Origin: Patescibacteria group bacterium
Lineage (GTDB): Bacteria; Patescibacteriota; Minisyncoccia; Phycocordibacterales; UBA918
Length of the DNA stretch: 64,000 nt
Direction of reading: 5' to 3'
Assembly: GCA_040386275.1 (NCBI GenBank)
Contig: JAZKFU010000008.1
Span: 176,219 to 240,218, forward strand
Shown: positions 37,655-47,443 of the stretch, piece after piece
How positions within the stretch are numbered: the first letter of the stretch is position 1
Layout of the letters: each line of letters starts with the position of its first letter
Made by a program: the position numbers and the translations under genes
The notes under the pieces: model-generated
Databases searched by the model: none
Seen by the model: the letters and a program-made list of their open reading frames with translations, nothing else
What the model was told of the DNA's origin: nothing

Positions 37655-37706
37655 AGCTTCGAATCTTCACGCAATGTGTCGTAACACATTGCTTCGGGTC
37701 CACCAT
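37655..37706 (+). repeat. inverted duplicate of the tRNA-Ala(TGC) 3' end (T-arm and acceptor) interrupted by a 9-bp-stem hairpin
   Basis: ttcgaatcttc-[acgcaatgtgtcgtaacacattgcttc]-gggtccacca; the corresponding tRNA sequence is TTCGAATCTTCTCGGGTCCACCA. Confidence 0.55.
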
Positions 37707-37730
37707 AGCCTGCAAGCTTTGCTTGCTAAA

Positions 37731-37768
37731 TCAAAAAACAACCACTAGTAAGTGGTTGTTTTTTGATT
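37731..37768. terminator. bidirectional terminator downstream of tRNA-Ala(TGC)
   Basis: aacaaccact-agta-agtggttgtt 10-bp stem with A-run and T-run flanks. Confidence 0.65.
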
Positions 37769-37773
37769 TGCTA

Positions 37774-37849
37774 TGGTGGACCCGAGAAGATTCGAACTCC
37801 CTGCCTCTTCAGTGCAAATGAAGCGCTCTACCAAGTGAGCTACGGGCCC
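37774..37849 (-). tRNA. tRNA-Ala (anticodon TGC), CCA encoded
   Basis: GGGCCCGTAGCTCACTTGGTAGAGCGCTTCATTTGCACTGAAGAGGCAGGGAGTTCGAATCTTCTCGGGTCCACCA; G3:U70; anticodon loop TTTGCAC. Confidence 0.85.
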
Positions 37850-37917
37850 TGGACCAGTACCTGGGTACTGATAGGTGGGGGTATAATACGCAGTTTAGGG
37901 CGTTAAGTCAAGATAAC

Positions 37918-38538
37918 TTATTGGATAGTAGCTAGTTTCCAGGGGGTGGTGGCGTCTACTGAAGTGGCTGATCCGATAGTTAGTTTTCCGTTACTCCACA
38001 TGGCGGTTTGGGCGGTTTGGGCGTTACTTACTAGTTTGGCACCATCAACCGTTACGTACTGAATGATTTGGTTTTCTACGTCGTAGATAAAGTTGGTGCA
38101 TGAGTCAACTTCTGAGTGTTGTTCGCAGTAGTACACAAAGTTGGCATCATCTGAGGCCATGTATTTAGGGATGGCTTGGTGAACACCTTGGTTAGCAAAT
38201 GATTTTGCGGTTTCAGCGTCTACAGTGGCTAGTTGGGCTGAAAGGAGGACAGCGGCACCATTCACGTTAGCCATTAAGCGGCCGTCTTTATACATCACAT
38301 CTTCATTCATGGTACTGGTGTCTGTTTCGGTTGGTGCTACGACTTCAGTCACTGGTTCGACTTCGTTCATTGATACTTCATTAGCAACTGGTACTTCGTA
38401 GATAACACTTTCTACGGGGCCTGGTTGAGACAGGGTTGATAGACCAAAAATAATAAAGCCGGCGGTAAACCCGGAAACGTATGATAATAATACTAATACT
38501 GCTTTTTCGTGCTTGGTGCCTTCGATGTTTAGATTCAT
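37918..38538 (-). CDS. hypothetical membrane-anchored protein
   Basis: start set at MNLNIEG..., preceding a TM helix (AVLVLLSYVSGFTAGFIIFGL); the longer ORF would overlap the upstream gene. Confidence 0.4.
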   Translation of the reverse strand: MNLNIEGTKHEKAVLVLLSYVSGFTAGFIIFGLSTLSQPGPVESVIYEVPVANEVSMNEVEPVTEVVAPTETDTSTMNEDVMYKDGRLMANVNGAAVLLSAQLATVDAETAKSFANQGVHQAIPKYMASDDANFVYYCEQHSEVDSCTNFIYDVENQIIQYVTVDGAKLVSNAQTAQTAMWSNGKLTIGSATSVDATTPWKLATIQ

Positions 38539-38560
38539 ATGGTAATAATTATACGGCAGA

Positions 38561-38893
38561 TTATTGACGATAGGTACGTCGTCTTTTACTTTCAGTGGAT
38601 AAAGTAAAAATGGTGTCACTGTGTTTGGCGAGATCAAAATCAAGCGCCGAAAGTTTTTTAAGTTCACCGGTCGTGAGTGATACTTTGACCGTGCCGTATT
38701 TCATTGTGATATCGGGATGATGATCAAGGACTTCCGCGTGCACGGCCAAACGGTTTACAAAAATTAAGCCTTCGATGTAGTTACGAAAACGAAATTCTCG
38801 ACTGATGGCAGTGCCTTTGGTGTTGAGTTCCCAGGCGGCATCAAGTGTTGCGAGATTGGTTTTGATAGATTTTTGCGTCAGAGCTTTGTTCAT
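38561..38893 (-). CDS. pterin-4a-carbinolamine dehydratase (PCD/DCoH family)
   Basis: EGLIFVNRLAVHAEVLDHHPDI with the family HHPD signature. Confidence 0.7.
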   Translation of the reverse strand: MNKALTQKSIKTNLATLDAAWELNTKGTAISREFRFRNYIEGLIFVNRLAVHAEVLDHHPDITMKYGTVKVSLTTGELKKLSALDFDLAKHSDTIFTLSTESKRRRTYRQ

Positions 38894-38894
38894 A

Positions 38895-39863
38895 TTACAC
38901 GCGGGCGGTTTTTACCAAATGGTCAATCAAGCCAGAGAACGATAAACCAACTGCTTCGGCAGCTTTAGGGAATAATGACTGAGAGGTTAAGCCAGGCAAG
39001 GTATTTACTTCAAGGAAGTACACTTCCCCATCGCGAATCATAAAGTCCGAGCGGGAGTATTGGGTGAGACCAAGGGCGGTGTGCACTTTGGTGGCGATAT
39101 CAGCAATTATTTCTTTTTCGGTGAATGAAAACCGGCCCGGCACGAGTTCGGTAGTAGCGCCCGAGTATTTTACATCCGCCGCAAAAAAGTCGTGGCTGTC
39201 AGGTGGGATGATTTCAATCGCAGGCAGTACGTAGACTGACTGGTCGCGGAAATTTTCTAAGACGGCACAGGTAGCTTCACGTCCACGAATACGTTCTTCA
39301 ATCATAAACTCATGATCGGCTTTGGCCATTTCTAGCAACGCAGCATTTAAAAGATCACTGTCATTGACCATGATCACGCCGTGTGAGGAGCCACTGCTCG
39401 TGGGCTTCAATACATATTCCGGACCAAATGATTGTTTAATGTGGCGGGCTAAGTCATCAATATCCTCGAGCATGCCGGGAGTAATTTTGATGTGCTTGGG
39501 GGTTTTGATGGCGTGGGGTGCTATGGCGCGTTTGGTGGTGTCTTTGTTAAAGGCGACACTCGAGGGAAACGAGTTACTGCCGGTAAAGGGGATATGGAGG
39601 CGTTCACAGATGCGCTGAATGGTGCCGTCTTCCCCGTAGGAGCCGTGCATGGCAATAAACACTACGTCAGCTGTCGCTAAGGCTACTTCGGGTTTTTTAA
39701 CGAGGCCATTACTGAGCCATTCACCGGTTTTTGAGACGGTAATATCCATGACCGTATACCCGAGCTTCGACAGTGCGTCACTCACCCCTTTACCCGTCGC
39801 AAAAGAGACCTCGTATTCCGAGCTTGGTCCTCCTTTTACTACCGCTACCCGAGTGGCTAACAT
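38895..39863 (-). CDS. ddl: D-alanine--D-alanine ligase
   Basis: 322 aa ATP-grasp; N-terminal VAVVKGGPSSEYEVS, C-terminal EVNTLPGLT motif. Confidence 0.85.
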   Translation of the reverse strand: MLATRVAVVKGGPSSEYEVSFATGKGVSDALSKLGYTVMDITVSKTGEWLSNGLVKKPEVALATADVVFIAMHGSYGEDGTIQRICERLHIPFTGSNSFPSSVAFNKDTTKRAIAPHAIKTPKHIKITPGMLEDIDDLARHIKQSFGPEYVLKPTSSGSSHGVIMVNDSDLLNAALLEMAKADHEFMIEERIRGREATCAVLENFRDQSVYVLPAIEIIPPDSHDFFAADVKYSGATTELVPGRFSFTEKEIIADIATKVHTALGLTQYSRSDFMIRDGEVYFLEVNTLPGLTSQSLFPKAAEAVGLSFSGLIDHLVKTARV

Positions 39864-39893
39864 AGTGATATTTTAGCATACCCCGGCGCGGAG

Positions 39894-40757
39894 TTAGTTA
39901 CTTTTCGCTTCCACTTTCGGTGGATGACCGTATACGCCAGAGAGTAAATCCATATCTTTGTTTGAAGTGGTCAGTAATTCAATGTTTTTTTCAACGAGCG
40001 CCGTCAAGACTGAGTTTCCGAGCGCATCGTGTTCTACTGATTCATAGAGTCGGCGAAAGGCCTCCATATCTTTGATAAAGCAGTGGCCACCGGCGCCACG
40101 ACCGGAACTGTGCATCGGACTCATATGACTGTCGCCGATACGTTTATCGTGCACCAAGGCCTCTTTTAGCGTGTCCCAGTCAGCATTCATACCGCTCGCT
40201 AGGTCATAGACCATATTCATAAAAATCACTTTCGTAAACAAGAAACAGTTGCCGGCGTATTTCAGTAACTCAGCCTCGGTCGAGGACATGACTTTGCTAT
40301 AGGGTGCTTCAGGGAGGATGGAAAGGATGGTTTGTGCGTGCTCGAGTGTTTCGGGGTTGGTATTGGGCACACCGATAATATTTCGCGCGGGGTGAGCTGT
40401 GTCGTACGCGGCGGTAGCTTCAACTAAAAATTCTGGACTATGGATAACAGTAATTGCAGGAAATTCTGTTTGCAAAGCTACCGTAGTGCCGGGGAGCAAC
40501 GTGGATTTAATCACCGCAATCTTCCCGTCTCCGACAAGAGTCAACGCGTCACGCACAATGGAGTAATCAAAGCCGTCAGGTGTGGTTGGGGTTGGTACCG
40601 CGATAAACACCACGTCACAGGTTTTGATCTGGTCTTTATTATTAATATATTGTTCTTCAAGCGCGTACCGTACGACGGTGTAGTCTCGATTTTCAAATTC
40701 ATTTGCGTAGTGTCTACCAATCCAACCCTGTCCGATAAAGCCAATGGATATATTCAT
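39894..40757 (-). CDS. short UDP-glucose/GDP-mannose dehydrogenase family protein (NAD-binding plus central domain only)
   Basis: IGFIGQGWIG Rossmann motif, NPEFL, catalytic-Cys motif GGHCFIKD (compare GGSCFPKD); lacks the C-terminal UDP-sugar-binding domain. Confidence 0.55.
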   Translation of the reverse strand: MNISIGFIGQGWIGRHYANEFENRDYTVVRYALEEQYINNKDQIKTCDVVFIAVPTPTTPDGFDYSIVRDALTLVGDGKIAVIKSTLLPGTTVALQTEFPAITVIHSPEFLVEATAAYDTAHPARNIIGVPNTNPETLEHAQTILSILPEAPYSKVMSSTEAELLKYAGNCFLFTKVIFMNMVYDLASGMNADWDTLKEALVHDKRIGDSHMSPMHSSGRGAGGHCFIKDMEAFRRLYESVEHDALGNSVLTALVEKNIELLTTSNKDMDLLSGVYGHPPKVEAKSN

Positions 40758-40804
40758 ATTTCAATTTGTTATAGTTCATTTTAACAAATTTTTGAACATA
40801 ATAG

Positions 40805-42040
40805 TTACTGCAACGCTCGTTTGCGACTGGTGTTGCGGTAGTAATTAATAGCAAAACGGTGGGATTCGGCGTTCGCGAGGAGGATTTCTAGTTTATGTTG
40901 CTTAAGCAACATCGCTGGTCCCATCAAACGGCTGGCCTTGTGCCGTTCGTCTTTAACTACCGCCACGACCGGAATCGACATATTAAATTCTTTTAAGACG
41001 CTTTCGATGGCGTTTTTTTGGATGATGTTACCGTCTGCGACGATTATCTGCGGAAATGGCCACTCGTCGTGCTCTAATCGGCGCCTGAGGACCTCGCGTA
41101 GGGCGCCTGGATCGTTGGCATCCGTGATGGTTTTGATTTTGAATTTGCGGTATTCGTTTTTATTGGTTTCCCCACCTTCTACGACGGTCATTACCCCCAC
41201 CATATCTTTCCCCGCCATGTGGGCAATGTCATAGGCTTCGATGCGGAGGTTTTTTTCGTCACGGTAGACATGGTTTTCGGTTTTAATAAGGGCGATGTCT
41301 TGGATGTGTGTGAGAGCAAACATTTTCTTTTTGAGTTTCCCAGCCTCTTCAAACTGTTCGAGTTTGGCGGCTTTCATCATGTCGCGTTCAAGTTCATTAA
41401 GTATAGTGTGCTTTTTACCCTCAAAAAACAGTTTAATGTGACGGATGGTGCGAAGATATTCTGTGCGATTACTCACGCTCGGATACAATCCAATCTGCCG
41501 GTTAAAGTCGATTTTACCGCGGGCTAACTTTGAAACTTGTGCATCGACTGAGTCTTTAGTGTCATAGAATTGAAACAGCTTACGCACGATTTTAATGGCT
41601 TCTCGAAAGAGTGAGCCGCTGGGGAACGGGCCAAAGTGGTATTTGATTTCATCACTGCTGTATTTTTCAGTCAGGTCTTTACCTCGCACGACGAGCACGC
41701 GTGGCCATTCTTCGTTGGTGATGATGAGATGGTTATAAGATTTGTCGTCTTTGCTTTTGGTGTTGTATTTTGGTTTGTGACTGCGAATGAGGTTGGTTTC
41801 CAAAATGAGCGCTTCAAGCACACTATCAGTCGCAGTGTGTTCTACGGTTTTAGCAAGGGCGACCATTTGCTCAATCAATGGAGAGCGTTTCTCGATAATG
41901 TCATTGGCAAAATAACTACGCACCCGATTACGCAGTGAGGTGGCTTTACCTATGTATAGAATCTCTTTTCGGGCACCCAAAAAGAAATACACTCCGGGTG
42001 TATCGGGTAGTTTTAGTTTGGCGAGTTTCTCTTTTTCCAT
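40805..42040 (-). CDS. uvrC: excinuclease ABC subunit C, short form
   Basis: GIY-YIG GVYFFLGARKEILYIGKATSLRNRVRSYF, UvrBC-interacting region and RNase H-like endonuclease domain; no C-terminal HhH2; start at MEKEKL. Confidence 0.75.
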   Translation of the reverse strand: MEKEKLAKLKLPDTPGVYFFLGARKEILYIGKATSLRNRVRSYFANDIIEKRSPLIEQMVALAKTVEHTATDSVLEALILETNLIRSHKPKYNTKSKDDKSYNHLIITNEEWPRVLVVRGKDLTEKYSSDEIKYHFGPFPSGSLFREAIKIVRKLFQFYDTKDSVDAQVSKLARGKIDFNRQIGLYPSVSNRTEYLRTIRHIKLFFEGKKHTILNELERDMMKAAKLEQFEEAGKLKKKMFALTHIQDIALIKTENHVYRDEKNLRIEAYDIAHMAGKDMVGVMTVVEGGETNKNEYRKFKIKTITDANDPGALREVLRRRLEHDEWPFPQIIVADGNIIQKNAIESVLKEFNMSIPVVAVVKDERHKASRLMGPAMLLKQHKLEILLANAESHRFAINYYRNTSRKRALQ

Positions 42041-42094
42041 AGGTTTGGATAGCGTACCACAATCTCGCCTTAGTGGCTTTTTTAGCAATTTAGA

Positions 42095-42430
42095 TTAGTC
42101 CCGACGCTTTTCCCAAATATCGTTAATATCAGAAACGAGATTCCGCAGGGAGGCTTCACTGTCGATGCTGGATGACTTGGTAGGGTTCGCTATGGCTCTG
42201 ATGCCGGACTCAAGACGAAGTTCTAATTGTTGTAGTAGCTCTTTTTTATCATTTCGAGACAAGACTGCGATAATTTGATTGAGCTTTAAACCCGTAACGC
42301 CCAGAGCTGAGGTTAGACGATTACACGCATCTTCATGCTGAACGGACAAACGTTCAAACGAACTCACAACGGTGGTTGCTTCTGCACTTAAGGGTTTTTC
42401 TTCTAGATTTATGATGTTTTCTTGTGACAT
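42095..42430 (-). CDS. hypothetical protein
   Basis: ORF only. Confidence 0.3.
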   Translation of the reverse strand: MSQENIINLEEKPLSAEATTVVSSFERLSVQHEDACNRLTSALGVTGLKLNQIIAVLSRNDKKELLQQLELRLESGIRAIANPTKSSSIDSEASLRNLVSDINDIWEKRRD

Positions 42431-42523
42431 AGAAATATTATACCAGAGAGGCTAGGAATATTCGACACGGCAAAACAAAGCCGCCCCAGTCATAACTGAC
42501 GGGACGGTATAAGGTGGTTTATA

Positions 42524-42862
42524 TTAGTATTCTTCCCAATTTTCAACAAACAGACAGTGCTGTAGCCAAGAACTCATGGTAAGCCAGACCGCCACAAACA
42601 TAGCGCCGGCGGACAATACAAGTGAGGTAACGAGAGGGATATACCCCGTGTGCAAGAGCAGAATATCCAACAGACACACAAGCAAACCAACGAGGGCCGA
42701 GAAACAGGTCTTACAGAGCTGTGTACGTTGCCAGCTATGAAAGGTAAAGGGGTTTTGAGTGTTCACTGCGATGATAACTATTGCAAGAATCGCATGTGAG
42801 ATCAGGGTGGTAATGGACCAAAAAACCAATACCAAGTACGCGTATTCGTAGACTGTAGTCAT
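42524..42862 (-). CDS. hypothetical membrane protein
   Basis: 112 aa, 3-4 TM helices. Confidence 0.35.
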   Translation of the reverse strand: MTTVYEYAYLVLVFWSITTLISHAILAIVIIAVNTQNPFTFHSWQRTQLCKTCFSALVGLLVCLLDILLLHTGYIPLVTSLVLSAGAMFVAVWLTMSSWLQHCLFVENWEEY

Positions 42863-42910
42863 GACTGTCTCCTAGTGTCCAAGAACTCTCTTTCAATTAT
42901 AATCATGTAA

Positions 42911-42947
42911 AACCGCCCCGGTCAAATAATGACGGGGCGGATTTTCG
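42911..42947 (-). terminator. rho-independent terminator
   Basis: ccgccccg-gtcaaataatgac-ggggcgg stem; T-run on the minus strand. Confidence 0.55.
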
Positions 42948-43223
42948 TTAGGCAGCGAATCGATAGACGGTGTTCTTCACTCGCTCGTGACGCCGCATCA
43001 CGAGCACAATGGCGGCAAGATCACGTGGATGCACGCCGATTGATCCGGCCCAGGTGAAGATAATTTCGCGACGCTCGGCGCGGGTTGAGAATTCCGCCAG
43101 CGGAATGTTTTCCTCCCAGACAGTTACTGCCGTCGTGGCACAAAGGGCTTTGGCGTCTGCCCTACCACCCTGTTGCCTAAGATTGTAGACCGTGAGTCCT
43201 TGCGTAGGTCTTCCTAGTGACAT
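42948..43223 (-). CDS. hypothetical protein (91 aa)
   Basis: ORF with downstream terminator; locally higher GC; no domain recognised. Confidence 0.35.
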   Translation of the reverse strand: MSLGRPTQGLTVYNLRQQGGRADAKALCATTAVTVWEENIPLAEFSTRAERREIIFTWAGSIGVHPRDLAAIVLVMRRHERVKNTVYRFAA

Positions 43224-43295
43224 TTTTGTACTCCCTTTTTCGGAGGGAACTATACAATACTAATAAATACTTAGCAATATCCACGGAATTTAAAA

Positions 43296-43340
43296 ATTTC
43301 CCCAGTAATTACCGGGGGAAATTTCTAATCTATTAATTTG
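43296..43340 (-). terminator. rho-independent terminator downstream of uvrA
   Basis: aaatttcccc...ggggaaattt 10-bp stem; T-run on the minus strand. Confidence 0.55.
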
Positions 43341-43363
43341 ATGGACTAATTCTATCCAATATT

Positions 43364-46015
43364 CTACAAATGAAGTTTCAAATACTTACCGGTGTATGAA
43401 TTAGGATTCTCGGCTACTTGCTCTGGAGTACCTTTTGCTACTACTGTTCCCCCACCGGCTCCGCCTTCAGGTCCGATATCAATGACGTAGTCAGCTGATT
43501 TAATGACATCAAGACTGTGCTCAATTACCATCACGGTATTGCCTTGATTGACGAGCTCTTGCAGGATTTCGATGAGTTTCTTTACGTCTTCATAGTGCAG
43601 TCCAATGGTTGGCTCATCAAGGAGGTAGATGGTTTTTTGCGTGTGGGGTCGGTAGAGTTCAGAGGCAATTTTTACGCGTTGAGCTTCACCTCCGGAAAGA
43701 GTGGTCGCACTTTGACCAAGCTTAAGATACGACAACCCTACATCAAGCAAGGACTTCAGTCGTTCTTCAATAGCGGGCACTTCATGGAAAAAGGTATACG
43801 CTTCTTCAATGGTCATCTCGAGTACCTGGTGGATGTTTTTCTTGCGGTAGGTCACTTCAAGGGTTTCTTTCGTGAAGCGCTTTCCTTCACAGACATCACA
43901 CTCGACAAACACGGTTGGCAAGAAGTGCATCTCGACTGCAATCACCCCGTTCCCCTGACAGGCTTCACAGCGACCACCTTTGACGTTGAATGAGAATCGT
44001 CCTGGCTTCCACCCACGTGCTTTGGCTTCACTACTATTGGCGAACATATCACGAATGTGTGAGAAGGCACCGGTGTAAGTAGCGGGGTTACTGCGCGGCG
44101 TACGGCCAATCGGTGACTGGTCAATCAAGATAGAACGACCGAGGTATTCAGTTCCGGTAAATTCGGCACAGTTATAGGTTTTGGCAGTGCGGAATTTTTT
44201 CTCCAGTCGGCCTTTGAGGTTACGGTCGACAATCTCGTACATAAACGTTGATTTCCCCGAACCCGATACTCCCGTCACACAGATAAGACGCCCCAGCGGG
44301 ATATCGATGTTGAGGTTTTTAATGTTAAAGGCTTTTCCACCTTTGATTTTAATAGAACCTTTTTCACCGGTACGCCGTTCTGGTACGGCAATCTTTTTAG
44401 TACCACGCAAATAATCTAACGTCACTGAGCCTGAGGGATTGGTTTTAGCGGAGAGTAGTTCTTCGAGGTAGCCGGCGACCACTACTTCGCCTCCGTGAAT
44501 ACCGGCTCCCGGTCCAATATCAACGAGGTAGTCTGCAGCGTAAATCGTGTCTTCATCGTGTTCAACCACGATAATGGTATTCCCTAAATCGCGGAGTTCA
44601 GACAGGGTTTTAATCAAACGGTCGTTATCCCGTTGGTGAAGGCCAATGGTTGGCTCATCAAGCACATAGAGCGCACCCACCAGACCAGAACCCAGCTGTG
44701 ACGCGAGACGGATACGTTGGGCCTCTCCACCAGATAGGGTGTTGGCTCGACGATCAAGCGTAAGGTATTCAATACCAACGTTATTCATAAATTCTAGGCG
44801 GTCAATAATCTCGCGCAACGCAGGCCAGGCAATTTCATGTTGCTTAGGACTTAGTTTCAAATCATCAATAAACTTCGTAGCGTCTTTCACCGTCATCGCG
44901 GTGAAGCCTACTATATTGATACCTAAATCTTTTTTACCATCTCCGCCAAGATACACACGCATCGCCTCGGGACGTAAACGAGCCCCCTGACAGGTCGGAC
45001 ACACATCGGATTGGAAAATACCAACCACCCCGAGTCCATTACATTCAGGACAGGCACCGTACGGTGAGTTAAACGAAAACAATCTAGGCTCAACTTCCGG
45101 GAACGACGAACCATCCACTGGACAGATAAATTTAGCCGACAAAGTACGCACTTCCCCGCCAGGGCTTTCGATTTTAACCAGACCACTCGCGACCGAAAGC
45201 GCCACTTCAACCGCCTCACTTAACCGTTCGTGAGAACCTTTTGGGTCATCGGTAAATTCACTGACATAAATTTCATCAATCAACACATCAATGTCGTGGC
45301 GTTTGGTTTTGGTGAGAATAATTTTTTCCCGGAGCTGTTTAATTTCACCGTCAATTTTAACGGTTTCAAAACCTTTCCCGAGTAAATCGTACAATAGTTG
45401 GTAGTATTCACCTTTACGCCCTACTACTACGGGCGCAAAAATAGACACCCGGCCTTTGCTCACTTGAATACCAAGGACTTTTTCAGACTCCTTTTTAGTT
45501 GCGGCTACTACCTCTTTACTTTCAATTGATTTAAGAATGATGCCTAAAATTTCATCTTGGGAGAGTTTTTGAATCGGCACATCAACATCAAGACAGTATG
45601 GCTGTCCCACCCGTGCGTAGAGGATACGGAGGTAGTCGTAGATTTCGGTAATGGTCGCAACCGTTGATCGTGGATTACGAGAAGCGGATTTTTGATCAAT
45701 GGAAATAGCCGGCGAGAGACCACTAATTTCATCCACATCCGGCTTTTGCATTTTATTTAAAAACTGGCGGGCATACGGCGACAGTGATTCAACGTAGCGA
45801 CGTTGACCCTCGGCAAAAATAGTATCAAAAGCAAGTGATGACTTTCCTGACCCTGATGGACCCGTAATGGCAATCATTTTTCCACGCGGCATTTCAACAG
45901 TGATGTCTTTAAGATTGTGAGTGCGGGCACCACGTACAATAATCTTGTTTTCGCGCTCTGAAGTTTTTGCCTGTGTTTTATCGGTATTTATTTTTCTTTC
46001 GGGTATTTTTGCCAT
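43364..46015 (-). CDS. uvrA: excinuclease ABC subunit A
   Basis: 883 aa; two ABC ATPase modules ([22 protein letters not shown]), zinc-finger Cys clusters, signature LSGGE. Confidence 0.9.
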   Translation of the reverse strand: MAKIPERKINTDKTQAKTSERENKIIVRGARTHNLKDITVEMPRGKMIAITGPSGSGKSSLAFDTIFAEGQRRYVESLSPYARQFLNKMQKPDVDEISGLSPAISIDQKSASRNPRSTVATITEIYDYLRILYARVGQPYCLDVDVPIQKLSQDEILGIILKSIESKEVVAATKKESEKVLGIQVSKGRVSIFAPVVVGRKGEYYQLLYDLLGKGFETVKIDGEIKQLREKIILTKTKRHDIDVLIDEIYVSEFTDDPKGSHERLSEAVEVALSVASGLVKIESPGGEVRTLSAKFICPVDGSSFPEVEPRLFSFNSPYGACPECNGLGVVGIFQSDVCPTCQGARLRPEAMRVYLGGDGKKDLGINIVGFTAMTVKDATKFIDDLKLSPKQHEIAWPALREIIDRLEFMNNVGIEYLTLDRRANTLSGGEAQRIRLASQLGSGLVGALYVLDEPTIGLHQRDNDRLIKTLSELRDLGNTIIVVEHDEDTIYAADYLVDIGPGAGIHGGEVVVAGYLEELLSAKTNPSGSVTLDYLRGTKKIAVPERRTGEKGSIKIKGGKAFNIKNLNIDIPLGRLICVTGVSGSGKSTFMYEIVDRNLKGRLEKKFRTAKTYNCAEFTGTEYLGRSILIDQSPIGRTPRSNPATYTGAFSHIRDMFANSSEAKARGWKPGRFSFNVKGGRCEACQGNGVIAVEMHFLPTVFVECDVCEGKRFTKETLEVTYRKKNIHQVLEMTIEEAYTFFHEVPAIEERLKSLLDVGLSYLKLGQSATTLSGGEAQRVKIASELYRPHTQKTIYLLDEPTIGLHYEDVKKLIEILQELVNQGNTVMVIEHSLDVIKSADYVIDIGPEGGAGGGTVVAKGTPEQVAENPNSYTGKYLKLHL

Positions 46016-46095
46016 GGTTTATAACATAGTTACACCACCAGATGATGCTGGTGGTCGGTACACTGATTATAACTGAGAAACATCGTATCGTACAG

Positions 46096-47439
46096 TTATT
46101 TTGTTTTGGGTGGCTGAATGGGGAACGTCATGACAATTTGCGTGCCCACGCCTTGAATTGACTCTACACCAATGGTCCCACCCATCAGTTCAATTAGTTC
46201 TTTGGTGATCCACATTCCTAAGCCAGTGCCCGTGGTAGCACTACTTTCTGCGTCTTTGGTACGGAAGAACGGTGCAAAGAGTTTCTTTTGATCTTCTGCT
46301 GAAATACCAGCCCCAGTATCTTTTACCCGCACTTCAACATACGAATGTTCTTTATGGGTAGCAATGGTAACCACTCCTTTATCGGTGTACTTAATTGAAT
46401 TACTAATGATGTTAGTGAGGATTTGATGCGTGCGCTTTGGGTCTGCAAAAATTGTCTGAGAAGTATTTGTGTCGTCCCACACTAATTGACATTGCTTTTG
46501 AGTGGCTACCGGGGTAAATTCGGCCACTACATCGCGAACAACAGTATGCACGTCAATTGTTTCAGGATGGATTTCGAGCTTACCTGATTGCAAACGCGCG
46601 ATATCTAACAAGTCACTCACGATAGTAATTAACCGTTCAGAAGATACTTCTATTCGTGAGGCTTGTTCTTTATAGGTATCTTCAACTACATGTTCTTTTA
46701 ACATGCTCGCATAGCCTCTGATAGCAGTTAACGGGGCGCGTAGCTCGTGCGCTATCATATGCGTAAAAAGGTCTTTGGTTTCGATGGCTTGTCTTGCTTC
46801 TGTATAGAGATAACGATAGTCAGTCAATTTAATGTGCCAGATAGCTAACAACAGAAGGAATATGTAGATAAAAAACAAATGCCAGTAGGCGGCAAACTCT
46901 CGGTCAGCAAAAAGCTGATCTACGGCGGCTAAGGATGATTTAGTATAAATGAAAAACTCACTTCCCTCTGCGCTTGTAAACGCACGGTAGCCATACCAAA
47001 AGCGGCTACCTGATTCCATCGACTCAAAAATTATTGATTCACTGTTAAACAAACGAGCGCTACTAAAAGGTTCAACATTTTCTTCAATTTCACCGAGATT
47101 TTTGCTATCACGCGCGACAAGAGAAATGATGCCTTGAGGAGTAGCTTGTAGTAGTTTTACATCAATAATGTCTGGGTTTTGCTCGGCGAGTGACTGCATT
47201 TGCGTTTCAATAATTCCTAAATCTACGTTGGTGGCAACTGACAAAGACACCAACGCATCGTGCATGATGCCTACTTTGTCTTTTTGTAATCTATCTTGAT
47301 TATACGTTCCTACTTCGAGAAATTTTTGTCCGGTATACAAAAACAACAGCGGAATTACAAACAGCAACATCAGGGCAAACAGCACTTGGGGGTGCTGTTT
47401 GATATAGGTAACCGCTGATAGTAGCTTTTGTGTAGACAT
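46096..47439 (-). CDS. membrane sensor histidine kinase
   Basis: two TM helices flanking a periplasmic domain; H-box HELRAPLTAIRGYASML; GTGLGMWITKELIELMGG. Confidence 0.8.
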   Translation of the reverse strand: MSTQKLLSAVTYIKQHPQVLFALMLLFVIPLLFLYTGQKFLEVGTYNQDRLQKDKVGIMHDALVSLSVATNVDLGIIETQMQSLAEQNPDIIDVKLLQATPQGIISLVARDSKNLGEIEENVEPFSSARLFNSESIIFESMESGSRFWYGYRAFTSAEGSEFFIYTKSSLAAVDQLFADREFAAYWHLFFIYIFLLLLAIWHIKLTDYRYLYTEARQAIETKDLFTHMIAHELRAPLTAIRGYASMLKEHVVEDTYKEQASRIEVSSERLITIVSDLLDIARLQSGKLEIHPETIDVHTVVRDVVAEFTPVATQKQCQLVWDDTNTSQTIFADPKRTHQILTNIISNSIKYTDKGVVTIATHKEHSYVEVRVKDTGAGISAEDQKKLFAPFFRTKDAESSATTGTGLGMWITKELIELMGGTIGVESIQGVGTQIVMTFPIQPPKTK

Positions 47440-47443
47440 GCAT

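Noticed and set aside
37570-37655. Possible additional tRNA or tmRNA-like gene upstream of tRNA-Ala(TGC)
   Set aside because: It contains a T-arm-like fragment and a 10-bp hairpin, but the T-stem does not pair and no acceptor stem exists, so it is not a functional tRNA.
42948-43223. Attempt to assign a function (toxin/antitoxin, RnpA or Smr) to the 91-aa GC-richer ORF
   Set aside because: No diagnostic motif could be matched from sequence alone, so it was left as hypothetical.
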